DNA from: Sandaracinaceae bacterium
Lineage (GTDB): Bacteria; Myxococcota_A; Polyangia; Polyangiales; Houyiibacteriaceae
Direction of reading: 5' to 3'
Length of the DNA stretch: 42,347 nucleotides
Assembly: GCA_012514415.1 (NCBI GenBank)
Contig: JAAZAH010000248.1
Location: 1-42,347, forward strand
In this document: piece by piece, positions 1 to 8,652 of the stretch
Layout: every line of letters begins with the position of its first letter
How positions within the stretch are numbered: position 1 is the first letter of the stretch
The notes under the pieces: generated by a model
The model's input: the letters and a program-made list of their open reading frames with translations, nothing else
The model's database searches: none
What the model was told of the DNA's origin: nothing
Program-made: the position numbers and the translations under genes

Positions 1-72
1 CCGTTTCGTGAGGCGTCTCCCTCGCGAAGGGATGCTTATGTAGCGCCTGTTTCGGGGTGGCGCAAGTCTTTT

Positions 73-1587
73 TTACGACTTCGTCTCTTCGCGCTTCGCC
101 GAGAGCCTTTTTCCACCTTCAATCGCGATGAATCCAGCGCTCGCCTTGTTCACGGTCTCTTGCCATTCCTTGGCGGGATCGGAGAGCTCAACGACCCCCG
201 CGCCCGCCTGGAGCCAGAGCTCGTCGCGATTCGCAACGACGGTGCGGATCGCGATCGCCACGTCTGCGCTCTTCCCACCAAAGCCGATATAGCCCACCGC
301 TCCCCCGTACACGCCGCGCGATTCGCGCTCGAGCTCGTCGACAATTTGAATGGCGCGGCGGCGAGGCGATCCCGAGAGTGTCCCCGCCGGGAAGGTCGCG
401 CGGATCACGTCGAGCGCGTCCTTATCGTCCGCAAGCTCCCCTTGCACATTCGACACGATGTGCATCACGTGACTGTAGCGCTCGACGATCATCTCTTCGC
501 TCACGCGCGCCGTGCCCGGTTTGCTGACGAGGCCGATCTCCTCCATGCCGAGCTCGATGAGCATGCGATGTTCGACGAGCTCCTTCTCATCGCTCATCAG
601 CTCTCGCTCGATCGCTTGGTCCTCTTCCGGCGTCGCGCCCCGATGGCGCGTCCCGGCGATGGGGCGAACACTCACGATGCCGCTCTCGAGGCGGACCATG
701 GTCTCGGGGCTTGCACCCGCGAGGGTGATGTCCTCGAAATCGACGAAGAACATATAGGGCGAAGGATTGATCGCGCGCATCACGCGATAGACGTCGAAGA
801 GCTCGACCTCCTCTCGGGGCACGACGAAGCGTTGTGAGAGCACGATCTGCTGCGCCTCGCCGGCGCGGATGTACTCGACTGCCTTAGCGATGGACGCCTC
901 GAATTGCTCCCGGCTCATGTTCGAGCGCGGCGGAACGCCATCGCCTTTGCGGATGGGCGCGTCGTCGAGCCGCGGGCTGATCGCTCCCGAGAGGAGCTCG
1001 AGCGTATGCTCGATCTCAGCACACGCTTCATCGTAGGCCGCGTCGGCGTCGCCCCCATCCACAAAGGCGATGGCGACGACGCGGAGTGTTTGGCTCAGGT
1101 TGTCGAAGATGAGCGTGGTCGCGCCGACGCCGTATTGAAAGACCCAATCGTCCTCGGGCTTCGAGGGCTCTAGGCCGCATTCTTCGAAAAGCCGGACGGC
1201 ATCGTAAGCAAGATAGCCGACCAAGCCTCCCCAAAAACGAGGAAGTTCAGGGAGGATCGCCGGACGCGCGCGCTTCACTTCGCTCCGAAGGCGTTCCCAG
1301 ATATCGACGCCCTCTTCTTTGAGGATCGCGTCACCGCGAACGATCTCAAAGCGGTCCGCGACGCCGCGGACGATATAGCGAGGGCGGTGCCCGACGAAGC
1401 TGTATCGGCCCCAGCGCTCGCCGCCGACGACACTCTCGAGCAAGAACGAGCCCGGCGAGTGCCCGAGCGCGCGTTTGGCGAGAACGGGCGTAAAATGATC
1501 CGCGAGCATCTCGCGGTAAACGGGGATGACATTCGAGGTCTTGGAGAGCTCTCTAAACCGCGCCCTATCGGGGACAAGGGTTCCCAT
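73..1587 (-). CDS. trpE: anthranilate synthase component I (chorismate-utilising enzyme family)
   Basis: The frame contains the N-terminal regulatory region (SNVIPVYRE...FLLESV..GGERWGRYSF) and the C-terminal catalytic core (FPAGTLSGSPRRRAIQIVDELE..SRGVYGGAVGYIGF). I prefer ATG 1587 because GGAGAAGG lies 6 nt upstream. The track start at 1647 is a TTG, 20 codons further upstream. Confidence 0.9.
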   Translation of the reverse strand: MGTLVPDRARFRELSKTSNVIPVYREMLADHFTPVLAKRALGHSPGSFLLESVVGGERWGRYSFVGHRPRYIVRGVADRFEIVRGDAILKEEGVDIWERLRSEVKRARPAILPELPRFWGGLVGYLAYDAVRLFEECGLEPSKPEDDWVFQYGVGATTLIFDNLSQTLRVVAIAFVDGGDADAAYDEACAEIEHTLELLSGAISPRLDDAPIRKGDGVPPRSNMSREQFEASIAKAVEYIRAGEAQQIVLSQRFVVPREEVELFDVYRVMRAINPSPYMFFVDFEDITLAGASPETMVRLESGIVSVRPIAGTRHRGATPEEDQAIERELMSDEKELVEHRMLIELGMEEIGLVSKPGTARVSEEMIVERYSHVMHIVSNVQGELADDKDALDVIRATFPAGTLSGSPRRRAIQIVDELERESRGVYGGAVGYIGFGGKSADVAIAIRTVVANRDELWLQAGAGVVELSDPAKEWQETVNKASAGFIAIEGGKRLSAKREETKS

Positions 1588-1764
1588 CTGCTGCCTTCTC
1601 CGGAGCTCGCCTATCTCCCATTCTGGGGTCGTGTCTCCGGTCAGCAAAACCTAGCTCATTCACGGGTCGATCGGAAGAAAACTTCGACGAACCGCGCGAG
1701 AAAAACTCATCCGCGAAAGCGCGAGTTTTTTGACCTTCGGCTGCTCTCTAGCGATGGTGAAAGC

Positions 1765-3318
1765 ATGGACGAATGCGCTCCGTCATCACCCTTCAAACGG
1801 GTCCGCATCATCGGTGGGATTGCGCTGATCGTGGCCTCGATTGCGCTGTCGGGATCGAGCGAGATCGGGGGCGCCATCAGTTCGCTCACCTTTACGATGC
1901 CCGCGATCGCGATCGGCGACGAGGTGCTCACCGAAGGTGACGAGCGGGGGCACGCCGAACGCTATCTCGCCGCCTATCTCGAGCAGGAGGTCCGCATACG
2001 CATCGATGGGGAGACGCGGTCGAGAACGAGGCGATCGCTCGGGATGAGCCTCGATGAGGCATCACTCTATGCCACCCTGGAAGAGGCGCTTACGCCCGAT
2101 AGCGATCTGATTGCCGCCTTTCGCGCGAGCGGAGGAGGCTCGACGCTCCGGATTCCGCTCGAGTGGACAATCGATGCCGCTCCGATGATGCGACTTCTCA
2201 CGCCCGAAAAGGAACGGCTCGATCGGAGCCCCGTCGAGGCGATGTATCACTTCGAGACGAAGACGGTGAGTCCCGAACGCGATGGGCGCCTCCTCGATCT
2301 CAATGGGAGCGTGAACCAGATGATGGAGGCTCTTCTCCGCGGCGAGACCGAGATCGAACCGCGCTTCATTCAACTTCGCGCTTCACGACGAGCGAGCGAT
2401 CTCGAGGGAGCGAGCTTTGACGCCGTGCTCGGCGAGTTCCAAACCCGCTACGCGCGAACGGCCGAAGCGCGTCTCCGCACCGAGAATCTCGTCATCGCGG
2501 CCGAAAAGATCGACAAAACCATCCTCCTTCCGGGTGAAGAGTTCGATTTCAACGCGGTCGTGGGTCCGCGCACCGCCGTCAACGGCTTTAAACCCGCCCC
2601 CGTGATTGCCGCAGGGGAGATCGTCGACGGCATCGGCGGCGGCGCGTGTCAAATCAGCGGAACCCTCCACGCCGCCGCGCTCTTCGCCGGCCTCGAGCTC
2701 ACCGAGCGAAAGCCGCATAGCCGCCCGAGCAGCTATATCCGCATGGGGCTCGACGCCATGGTGAGCTACCCAAACCTCAACTTCCGCTTCCGAAACGATC
2801 GGGACTTCCCCATCGCCATCCGAATGAACGTGAAAGACGGCTTTGTCACGGCGACGATTCTTGGGCCGCGGACGGATCGACGCACCACATTTGTGAGGCG
2901 CGTGGCCGATGTGACGCCTTATCCCGAGATCGAGCGCGAAGATCCCTCTCTTCCCCAGGACGTGCGCGTCCTCAGCCAGCGCGGCGTCCCCGGCTTCAAA
3001 GTTGATCTCGCTCGCATTCTCCGGGATGAACATGGCAATGAGCTCGTCACGGAGCGGACGCAGGATGTCTACCCGCCGACCACGCAGATTTGGAGGGTCG
3101 GGGTCGGTGCGCCGGCCGATGAGGACTATCGACCGCCCGCTGGAGATCGTTCCCCCGAATATCGCGCCGAGGAATATCTCGAGATGGTCCAAGGCGCGGG
3201 CGTCGACGGGAGGCGAGAGGTCAAAAGGGCCGGCCGTACGGGTGTCCCGGGCTGGACGATCGCGGAAGGAATGCCGAGCCCCGATCGATCCGTCGCGCCC
3301 GAACAAGAAATCCACTAA
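1765..3318 (+). CDS. VanW domain-containing membrane-anchored protein
   Basis: ATG 1765 gives MDECAPSSPFKRVRIIGGIALIVASIALSG, an N-terminal TM helix. A VanW-like core is present (GGGACQISGTLHAAALFAGLELTERKPHSRPSSYIRMGLDAMVSYPNLNFRFRNDRDFPIAI). The track ORF start at 1387 overlaps trpE antisense and is rejected. Confidence 0.75.
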   Translation: MDECAPSSPFKRVRIIGGIALIVASIALSGSSEIGGAISSLTFTMPAIAIGDEVLTEGDERGHAERYLAAYLEQEVRIRIDGETRSRTRRSLGMSLDEASLYATLEEALTPDSDLIAAFRASGGGSTLRIPLEWTIDAAPMMRLLTPEKERLDRSPVEAMYHFETKTVSPERDGRLLDLNGSVNQMMEALLRGETEIEPRFIQLRASRRASDLEGASFDAVLGEFQTRYARTAEARLRTENLVIAAEKIDKTILLPGEEFDFNAVVGPRTAVNGFKPAPVIAAGEIVDGIGGGACQISGTLHAAALFAGLELTERKPHSRPSSYIRMGLDAMVSYPNLNFRFRNDRDFPIAIRMNVKDGFVTATILGPRTDRRTTFVRRVADVTPYPEIEREDPSLPQDVRVLSQRGVPGFKVDLARILRDEHGNELVTERTQDVYPPTTQIWRVGVGAPADEDYRPPAGDRSPEYRAEEYLEMVQGAGVDGRREVKRAGRTGVPGWTIAEGMPSPDRSVAPEQEIH

Positions 3319-3329
3319 GCTGCGCCGAC

Positions 3330-4520
3330 ATGAGCCTCCGCGATCAATCCATCGTCGTCGGCATCACGGGCGGCATCGCTGCCTATAAGGCCGTCGAGCT
3401 TCTCCGTGAGCTCGGTCGGCGAGGTGCGAGGATCCGCGCGGTGATGAGCCGCTCTGCGACGCGTTTCGTAGGTCCGATCACCCTCACGGGGCTGATCGGC
3501 GAAAGCCCCGTCGTCGATCTCTGGGATCCGTCCTATAAGGGCGAGGTCCATATCGAGCTTGGTGAGTGGGCAGATGCGATGATTGTGGCGCCGGCAACGA
3601 TGCAGTTCATTGCGAGCGCGGCCCACGGCTTCGCGGACGATCCGGTGCTTGCGACCTACGCCTCGATGCGCGGCCCGCGCTTCATCGCCCCGGCGATGCA
3701 TACGCGGATGTACGAGCGAGCAGCGACGCGGCGAAACCTCGCCCTACTTCGGGAAGACGGCGTCGGCATCATCGGACCTGTCGAAGGACCGCTCGCGAGC
3801 GGCGAGATCGGGCTCGGACGGATGAGCGAACCCAATGAGATCGCCGATGCGCTTGAGCGAGCTCTCAGGGGAACCGAGGATCTTCGTGGAAGGAAAATCC
3901 TCATCTCAGCCGGGCCGACCTATGAAGACCTCGACCCTGTGCGCTTTCTCGGCAATCGCTCGACCGGAAAGATGGGCTATGCGATCGCGTCGCGCGCGGC
4001 GAAGCGCGGCGCCGACGTGGTCCTCGTCTCCGGACCCACCACCCTCCCCTCGCCTCCCGGCGTCGAAACCATCCGCGTCCGATCCGCCATCGAGATGCAC
4101 GCTGCGATCATGGAGCGCAGGGAGGCCGCCGACGCGATCATCATGTCGGCGGCCATCGCCGATTATCGGCCTGAAGCCATTGCCGTCCATAAGATCAAAA
4201 AATCCGAGGACCTCACGCTCAAGCTCAAACGAAACCCGGATATTCTTCGGGAGCTCGGTGAGCTCCGCGGTGAGTCGAGACGGCCGGTGCTCATCGGCTT
4301 TGCGCTGGAGACGCGTGATGTCGAGGCCTCGGCGCGATCGAAACTCGAAAAGAAGCGGGTAGATCTGATTGTCGGGAACGAGGCCGCCGATGGCTTCGCT
4401 GGAGAGACCAATCGTGTGATCCTCGTCGATCACGACAGCGCCGACGCCCTACCGCTTCTATCGAAGGCCGACGTCGCCGATCGCATCCTCGACCGTCTGC
4501 TTTCGATCTTTGAACGCTAG
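3330..4520 (+). CDS. coaBC: bifunctional phosphopantothenoylcysteine decarboxylase / phosphopantothenate-cysteine ligase
   Basis: The N-terminal flavoprotein motif is IVVGITGGIAAYKAVELLR. The C-terminal CoaB half carries ILISAGPTYEDLDPVRFLGNRSTGKMGYAIA and AAIADYRP. The 396-aa length is typical of Dfp/CoaBC. Confidence 0.92.
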   Translation: MSLRDQSIVVGITGGIAAYKAVELLRELGRRGARIRAVMSRSATRFVGPITLTGLIGESPVVDLWDPSYKGEVHIELGEWADAMIVAPATMQFIASAAHGFADDPVLATYASMRGPRFIAPAMHTRMYERAATRRNLALLREDGVGIIGPVEGPLASGEIGLGRMSEPNEIADALERALRGTEDLRGRKILISAGPTYEDLDPVRFLGNRSTGKMGYAIASRAAKRGADVVLVSGPTTLPSPPGVETIRVRSAIEMHAAIMERREAADAIIMSAAIADYRPEAIAVHKIKKSEDLTLKLKRNPDILRELGELRGESRRPVLIGFALETRDVEASARSKLEKKRVDLIVGNEAADGFAGETNRVILVDHDSADALPLLSKADVADRILDRLLSIFER

Positions 4521-4561
4521 TTTCGCTTGTCAGAGAGACACGAAAGGTCGTAGAAGAGGGC

Positions 4562-5557
4562 ATGGTAGCAGAAGGTTATCGTGCGAGCGTTGTGAGCCTC
4601 GTGGGGCGCACACTCGACGAGCGTTATCGCATCGTTTCGATCCTTGGCGAGGGGACCATGGGGGCGGTCTACCAGGCCGAGCAACCGGATGGCCCGCCGG
4701 TCGCAATCAAGGTCCTTCATGAAGAGCTTGGCGATCAGCCCGAGCTTCGGGAACGCTTCGAGCGAGAGGCTCGTGCGCTCTTCGGCTTCGACCATCCCAA
4801 TATCCTGACGGTCTACGATTACGGGATCGTCGACGGCCAACCCTATTTGGTCATGGAGCTGCTCCGCGGCATGACGCTGGATGAGCTCGTCGAGACCGAA
4901 TTGCCGCCGCCCGAGGTCGCGATTCGCATCGTCGAAGACATCCTCGAAGGCCTCCAGCATGCGCACGAACAGGGCGCGGCGCATCGCGATCTCAAAACCG
5001 AGAACATTTGGGTACAGCCGAAGGAAGACGGCACTTATGGGGTCAAGATCCTCGATTTTGGCCTCGTGAAGTTCACCGACACGGCACGCTGGTCGGACGA
5101 GCGGAAGCTGACAATGCAGGGGATGGTCTTCGGGAGTCCGGGCTATATGCCGCCCGAGCAATGCATCGGGAGTCCGGCTGACGAGCGCTCGGATGTCTAC
5201 TCGATGGGTGTCGTCCTCTACGAGCTCCTCACCGGCGAGTGGCCCTTCATGGAAGAGAACCAAGTGATGATGCTCCAGGCGCATATCTCGAAGCTTCCGC
5301 CGAGCATCGAGAGCGGCAACCCCTCGCTCGCCATCGATCCCGCGCTTGAGGCGCTCTACCAGCGCGCGATGAGCAAAGATCCTGCGTCGCGCTTTCCGAA
5401 TGCAGGCGCGATGCTCGCCGCTCTCCGCGCGATCGACAAGCCCGCGATGCCGCGTTCGTCGAAAAAGACGATTGGCGGAATCGAGCCCAAATGGCTCGCA
5501 GCGGGAGCAGGCGGCCTCGCTCTTGTCGCCCTCCTCCTCTATCTCCTCGCTGGCTGA
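4562..5557 (+). CDS. Ser/Thr protein kinase (Hanks type) with a C-terminal tail anchor
   Basis: Kinase motifs are present: LGEGTMGAVY, VAIKVL, HRDLKTENIWV, DFGLVKF and SPGYMPPE. One hydrophobic helix (WLAAGAGGLALVALLLYLLAG) lies at the extreme C-terminus. Confidence 0.9.
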   Translation: MVAEGYRASVVSLVGRTLDERYRIVSILGEGTMGAVYQAEQPDGPPVAIKVLHEELGDQPELRERFEREARALFGFDHPNILTVYDYGIVDGQPYLVMELLRGMTLDELVETELPPPEVAIRIVEDILEGLQHAHEQGAAHRDLKTENIWVQPKEDGTYGVKILDFGLVKFTDTARWSDERKLTMQGMVFGSPGYMPPEQCIGSPADERSDVYSMGVVLYELLTGEWPFMEENQVMMLQAHISKLPPSIESGNPSLAIDPALEALYQRAMSKDPASRFPNAGAMLAALRAIDKPAMPRSSKKTIGGIEPKWLAAGAGGLALVALLLYLLAG

Positions 5558-5600
5558 TCTGGATCGCACGCCCTCCGCGCAAGGCGTTGGAGTCCCAGCG

Positions 5601-6209
5601 TCAGACGATCGGTCCCGGATCGCCCGCCCCCTCGCGGATGAGCTCGACCCTCCCCTCGGAGAGATCGAGAATCGTCGAGGGCTGAATGCCTCCTCGGCCG
5701 CTATCGATCACGATATCGGCGGCTTTGAAGACTTCGGCGATGTCTTCGGGATCGTTCATAAAGGGCTCATCGGGCCGCGATGCCGACGTCGAGAGGATCG
5801 GGGCGCCGAGCTCCTTGACGATGGCGAGCGCCACGGGATGATCCGGAACGCGGATGCCGACTTTTTTGCGCTTCCTCATCACCATACGCGGAACCTCCCG
5901 TGTGGCATTCAAAATGAACGTAAACGGCCCCGGGAGCAGTCGCTTCATGATGCGGTACGCGAAATCATCGACCACCGCATAGCGCGCGATATCCGCGAGA
6001 TCGGGACAGACAAAGCTCACGGGATGATCGTCGGAGATGCCCTTCATTCGGTACAGCTGCGTGAGCGCTTTTTTCTGCCGAATGTCGCAGCCGAGCCCGT
6101 AAACGGTGTCGGTCGGATAGACGATGACGCCGCCGTTTTCGAGCGTCTCAACAACGCGCTTGATTTTGCGGGGCTCCGGATGAGTCGGGTGTACCTGAAG
6201 TAGCATCAC
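5601..6209 (-). CDS. tsaC: L-threonylcarbamoyladenylate synthase (YrdC/Sua5/TsaC family)
   Basis: This 202-aa protein carries the YrdC signature GGVIVYPTDTVYGLGCD, plus KGISDDHPVSF and LPGPFTFIL. Confidence 0.88.
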   Translation of the reverse strand: MMLLQVHPTHPEPRKIKRVVETLENGGVIVYPTDTVYGLGCDIRQKKALTQLYRMKGISDDHPVSFVCPDLADIARYAVVDDFAYRIMKRLLPGPFTFILNATREVPRMVMRKRKKVGIRVPDHPVALAIVKELGAPILSTSASRPDEPFMNDPEDIAEVFKAADIVIDSGRGGIQPSTILDLSEGRVELIREGAGDPGPIV

Positions 6210-6716
6210 TCACGCTTTCGTATTCATCGCATCCCACGAGGCTTTCACCCTCTTGAATGCCTCGATCGCCTGCGGTTCGATCTCAAGAGCGCCCGCCTGA
6301 AGGAGGCGCTTTTGAAGCTCTTGCGGGGTCCGATCCCAACCTTCGGGCACCTCGACTCGCACATCGAGGACGGCCGTCCCGAGCTGCCCCTGTCCTTCGA
6401 GGGTCCAGATCGCTTCGGCCGCAAGGAATTGACCCGTGAGCTTATAGAGCGAGGGATCGAGGCGCGAGGAGACAGGAAAAATATCGTAGAGCGCCACGGT
6501 CTCGGGATCGATCCCGAGATGTTCGCGGAGGAGCGCAAAGGTGCGGTGAGGGATCGCGAGCTCAATGATCTCGATGCGCGACGCCTTCGTATCGCCGAGC
6601 GCGCGGTAGAGCCGCTCCATTGCGTCTCCATGAGTACGCGTAAGTGAGGCGGGTCGAGCGCTCGCGTCGTGCACCGCGCTCAGGAGGAGATTCAGGGTAG
6701 CGGGTTGATCGCTCAT
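6210..6716 (-). CDS. hypothetical protein (168 aa), directly abutting the tsaC start
   Basis: Only the C-terminal third of track ORF 6210..7667(-) looks protein-like, from MSDQPATL at ATG 6716. An alternative start is MERLYRAL, 32 codons downstream. The stop codon 6210..6212 touches the tsaC start at 6209. I recognise no family. Confidence 0.55.
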   Translation of the reverse strand: MSDQPATLNLLLSAVHDASARPASLTRTHGDAMERLYRALGDTKASRIEIIELAIPHRTFALLREHLGIDPETVALYDIFPVSSRLDPSLYKLTGQFLAAEAIWTLEGQGQLGTAVLDVRVEVPEGWDRTPQELQKRLLQAGALEIEPQAIEAFKRVKASWDAMNTKA

Positions 6717-6821
6717 GTCTTCATCGTCACCTATATCATGAAACCTACACCACCGATGAGGCTTTCCGCGAGCGTAAGTCGATGGGCGTCCGGCCACTTC
6801 GTCTGCTAAGAAAGCAGCCGC

Positions 6822-7679
6822 ATGGACGTTACGCTTCTCCGAACGTCGGTCTTCGAAATTCCACCTCAGAAACGAGTCGGCGTCATCGTCTACGATGGCG
6901 CCGCGGACGCGCAGCTCTGGCCAGGACCGGGCCCCGATACCGAGCTCGCGGCCGCGTTCCACGACGACCTCCAGGCCGCCCTGGATCTCGAGCTCAAGCG
7001 CGCGGGACAAACCGAAATTGAGCTTGGGCAGGTGCTGCGGGTCGGTCGAGGGAGGCTCCATTGTGACTTCCTCCTTTGGGCCGCGACGCGTCCGCCCGAG
7101 CGGGGGCTGAAGCGCGAGCCAGCGCCGAGCGCCGAGCTGATCGAAGAGGCCGCGCTCAACGCGCTTCGATACGCTTATGCGCGTGATGTGGAGCGCATCG
7201 CCTTTCTCGCGCTCGGCGCAGGTCCGGACGAGCTCCCCCGCTCCGATCGTTTCCTCGCCATCGCTCGCGCTGCAGAGCGCTTCGAGGCCGAATGCCGCGA
7301 ACAGGGTTGTTCGACCGTCATCGAAGAAGTCCTGCTCTGCGAACCGCTCGCGGGCGAATATCGAAAGGCATCGGAGAAGCTTCGTGGGCGGGCATCCGTC
7401 GCCGATCTTCCCGCCGCACCGAGCCGCGCGATCAGCCCTCCCCGAAAGCGCGCTGCGGCGAAGACGAGCACGAGGCGCCGCACGGGACTCGACCCGCTCG
7501 AAGTCGCTCAGAATCAGAACGCGCCCGCCTATTCGATGCGCGACCGCTATCGCGAGGGCGACTTTTTCTCTCATCCGCGCTTTGGGATCGGCAAGGTCGT
7601 TCGTCTCATCGATCAAGGCGCCATCGAGGTCCGCTTCGAGGATGGGAGCGAGCGAAAGCTCGTCCACGGTCGGAGCTGA
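6822..7679 (+). CDS. divergent macro-like domain protein with a basic linker and a C-terminal DUF3553/UvrD-C-like small beta domain
   Basis: Third codon positions are G/C-rich in this frame, while the antisense 485-aa ORF is Arg-rich junk. The pattern VGVIVYDGAADAQLW...LHCDFLLWAATRPP...ERIAFLALGAGPDELP parallels the macro-domain strands/loops of YmdB-type proteins, but the Gly-rich loop is degenerate. The C-terminus GDFFSHPRFGIGKVVRLIDQGAIEVRFEDGSERKLV matches the GD.V.H..FG.G.V....V.F..G.K.L motif. Confidence 0.6.
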   Translation: MDVTLLRTSVFEIPPQKRVGVIVYDGAADAQLWPGPGPDTELAAAFHDDLQAALDLELKRAGQTEIELGQVLRVGRGRLHCDFLLWAATRPPERGLKREPAPSAELIEEAALNALRYAYARDVERIAFLALGAGPDELPRSDRFLAIARAAERFEAECREQGCSTVIEEVLLCEPLAGEYRKASEKLRGRASVADLPAAPSRAISPPRKRAAAKTSTRRRTGLDPLEVAQNQNAPAYSMRDRYREGDFFSHPRFGIGKVVRLIDQGAIEVRFEDGSERKLVHGRS

Positions 7680-7682
7680 ATC

Positions 7683-8285
7683 CTAGCGCGCAATCAGCGG
7701 GGACATTGCGCGCTTTTTCATCACATAGGGGCTGTCGGCGTCGGCGAAGCGATATGGCGCCTCGCGATCTGCGGGCGCCGCATAGTCGATTCCGATTCGC
7801 GGACCGGCGAGGATCGTCGTTGGCCTCCTCCCCTCGCGCAAGACGAGCGGGCCCCCTTCGATGAAACAGGGAATGCCGCTCATTCGATGATCGATCCCAA
7901 GCGCGGCAGCGACGCGTCCCGGACCGGTCGTCCGCTCTTTCCCCTGAGCGCCGCCGCGCCGTTCGCGGATCCGCTCCTCACCGGCGAGCGGTTCTGCAGC
8001 GCGGATGAGCACCGCCTCGCCCACTCCCTCTTCACCCGTCACGAGATTGAGCAGCGAGTGGATGCCGTAGCAGAGGTAAATATAGGCATGTCCCGGCGCG
8101 CCCCACATCGGAGCGTTTCGTGGCGTCGGCCCGCGAAAACAATGGTTCGCTGAGTCGCCGTTCGATCGATACGCCTCGACTTCGGTGATGCGCAGCCTCA
8201 CTTCCCCGGCCTCGATCGTCTGACCAAGCAGATCGATCGCGACTTCGAGGGCGTCGCGGCGATAGAAATCAGGCGGGAGGATCAT
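7683..8285 (-). CDS. mpg: DNA-3-methyladenine glycosylase (AAG/MPG family)
   Basis: From ATG 8285 the sequence reads MILPPDFYRRDALEVAIDLLGQ...ITEVEAYRSNGDSANHCFRGPTPRNAPMWGAPGHAYIYLCYGIHSLLNLV, the classic MPG family core. The track start at 8456 would read through a tRNA terminator and into tRNA-Glu, so it is rejected. Confidence 0.88.
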   Translation of the reverse strand: MILPPDFYRRDALEVAIDLLGQTIEAGEVRLRITEVEAYRSNGDSANHCFRGPTPRNAPMWGAPGHAYIYLCYGIHSLLNLVTGEEGVGEAVLIRAAEPLAGEERIRERRGGAQGKERTTGPGRVAAALGIDHRMSGIPCFIEGGPLVLREGRRPTTILAGPRIGIDYAAPADREAPYRFADADSPYVMKKRAMSPLIAR

Positions 8286-8406
8286 CGATCGGATCGAAGA
8301 TGACCTAGGCGCACAAAGAATGCCAGCTGGGGCGTGCTCGACGCAGCCTCGCGCTCCAGCGCGCGCTTTGCGCCCGCTCTTCTCGGTCTTCGTGCGAGAG
8401 GCGCAT

Positions 8407-8441
8407 AAAAAAACCCCTCGAAGCGTTTCCACTTCGAGGGG
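8407..8441 (-). terminator. rho-independent terminator of the tRNA-Gln/tRNA-Glu operon
   Basis: On the minus strand there is a perfect 10-bp stem: CCCCTCGAAG, loop TGGAAACG, CTTCGAGGGG. It is followed immediately by TTTTTTT (plus-strand A run 8407..8413). The hairpin begins 7 nt after the tRNA-Glu 3' end. Confidence 0.85.
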
Positions 8442-8447
8442 CATTTG

Positions 8448-8519
8448 CGACCCCAAGGGGACTTGAACCCCTGTTTTCGGCGTGAGAGGCCGACGTCCTA
8501 ACCACTAGACGATGGGGTC
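8448..8519 (-). tRNA. tRNA-Glu (anticodon CUC)
   Basis: The minus-strand sequence is GACCCCATCGTCTAGTGGTTAGGACGTCGGCCTCTCACGCCGAAAACAGGGGTTCAAGTCCCCTTGGGGTCG. It folds by hand into a cloverleaf: acceptor GACCCCA/TGGGGTC, anticodon stem TCGGC/GCCGA, loop CTCTCAC, T-arm AGGGG-TTCAAGT-CCCCT. It resembles E. coli tRNA-Glu. The 3' CCA is not encoded. Confidence 0.9.
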
Positions 8520-8527
8520 AGATCGGG

Positions 8528-8598
8528 CTCGGGGACTAGGATTCGAACCTAGATAACCAGAACCAGAATCTGGAGTCCTGCCGTTAGACGATCCCCGA
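8528..8598 (-). tRNA. tRNA-Gln (anticodon CUG)
   Basis: The minus-strand sequence is TCGGGGATCGTCTAACGGCAGGACTCCAGATTCTGGTTCTGGTTATCTAGGTTCGAATCCTAGTCCCCGAG. Cloverleaf elements: acceptor TCGGGGA/TCCCCGA, anticodon stem CCAGA/TCTGG, loop TTCTGGT, T-arm CTAGG-TTCGAAT-CCTAG. The genomic sequence after discriminator G is CCC, so CCA is not encoded. Confidence 0.9.
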
Positions 8599-8652
8599 AG
8601 ACTTTTTCAAGGACTCAGCGAGTCTTTTCGAGAACCGCTGAAAGCGAACGGC

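Noticed and set aside
1387-1764. The 5' extension of the VanW-domain ORF.
   Set aside because: It overlaps trpE coding sequence on the opposite strand and the intergenic region. The extension lacks protein-like character. ATG 1765 gives a sensible TM-anchored N-terminus.
1588-1764. A trp attenuator or leader peptide upstream of trpE. The AAAAACTC-N14-GAGTTTTT hairpin at 1701..1730 prompted the check.
   Set aside because: The only small minus-strand ORF there (MSFSRAVRRSFLPIDP) has no Trp codons. The hairpin is AU-rich and sits in a divergent promoter gap. I found no terminator/antiterminator pair.
6717-7667. The N-terminal 317 aa of the 485-aa minus-strand ORF 6210..7667.
   Set aside because: This part is antisense to the better-supported macro-like gene (6822..7679, plus strand). 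The sequence is Arg/Gly/Asp-rich with no motif. Only the distal 168 aa (6210..6716) are protein-like.
8286-8456. The 5' extension of the mpg ORF (track start 8456).
   Set aside because: It would run through the tRNA operon terminator and into tRNA-Glu. The family-typical N-terminus begins at ATG 8285.
8448-8598. The tRNA genes as an integration site for a genomic island, with the neighbouring metal-resistance genes as cargo.
   Set aside because: There is no integrase, no duplicated tRNA 3' fragment or direct repeat, and no visible compositional break. The flanking genes are housekeeping.
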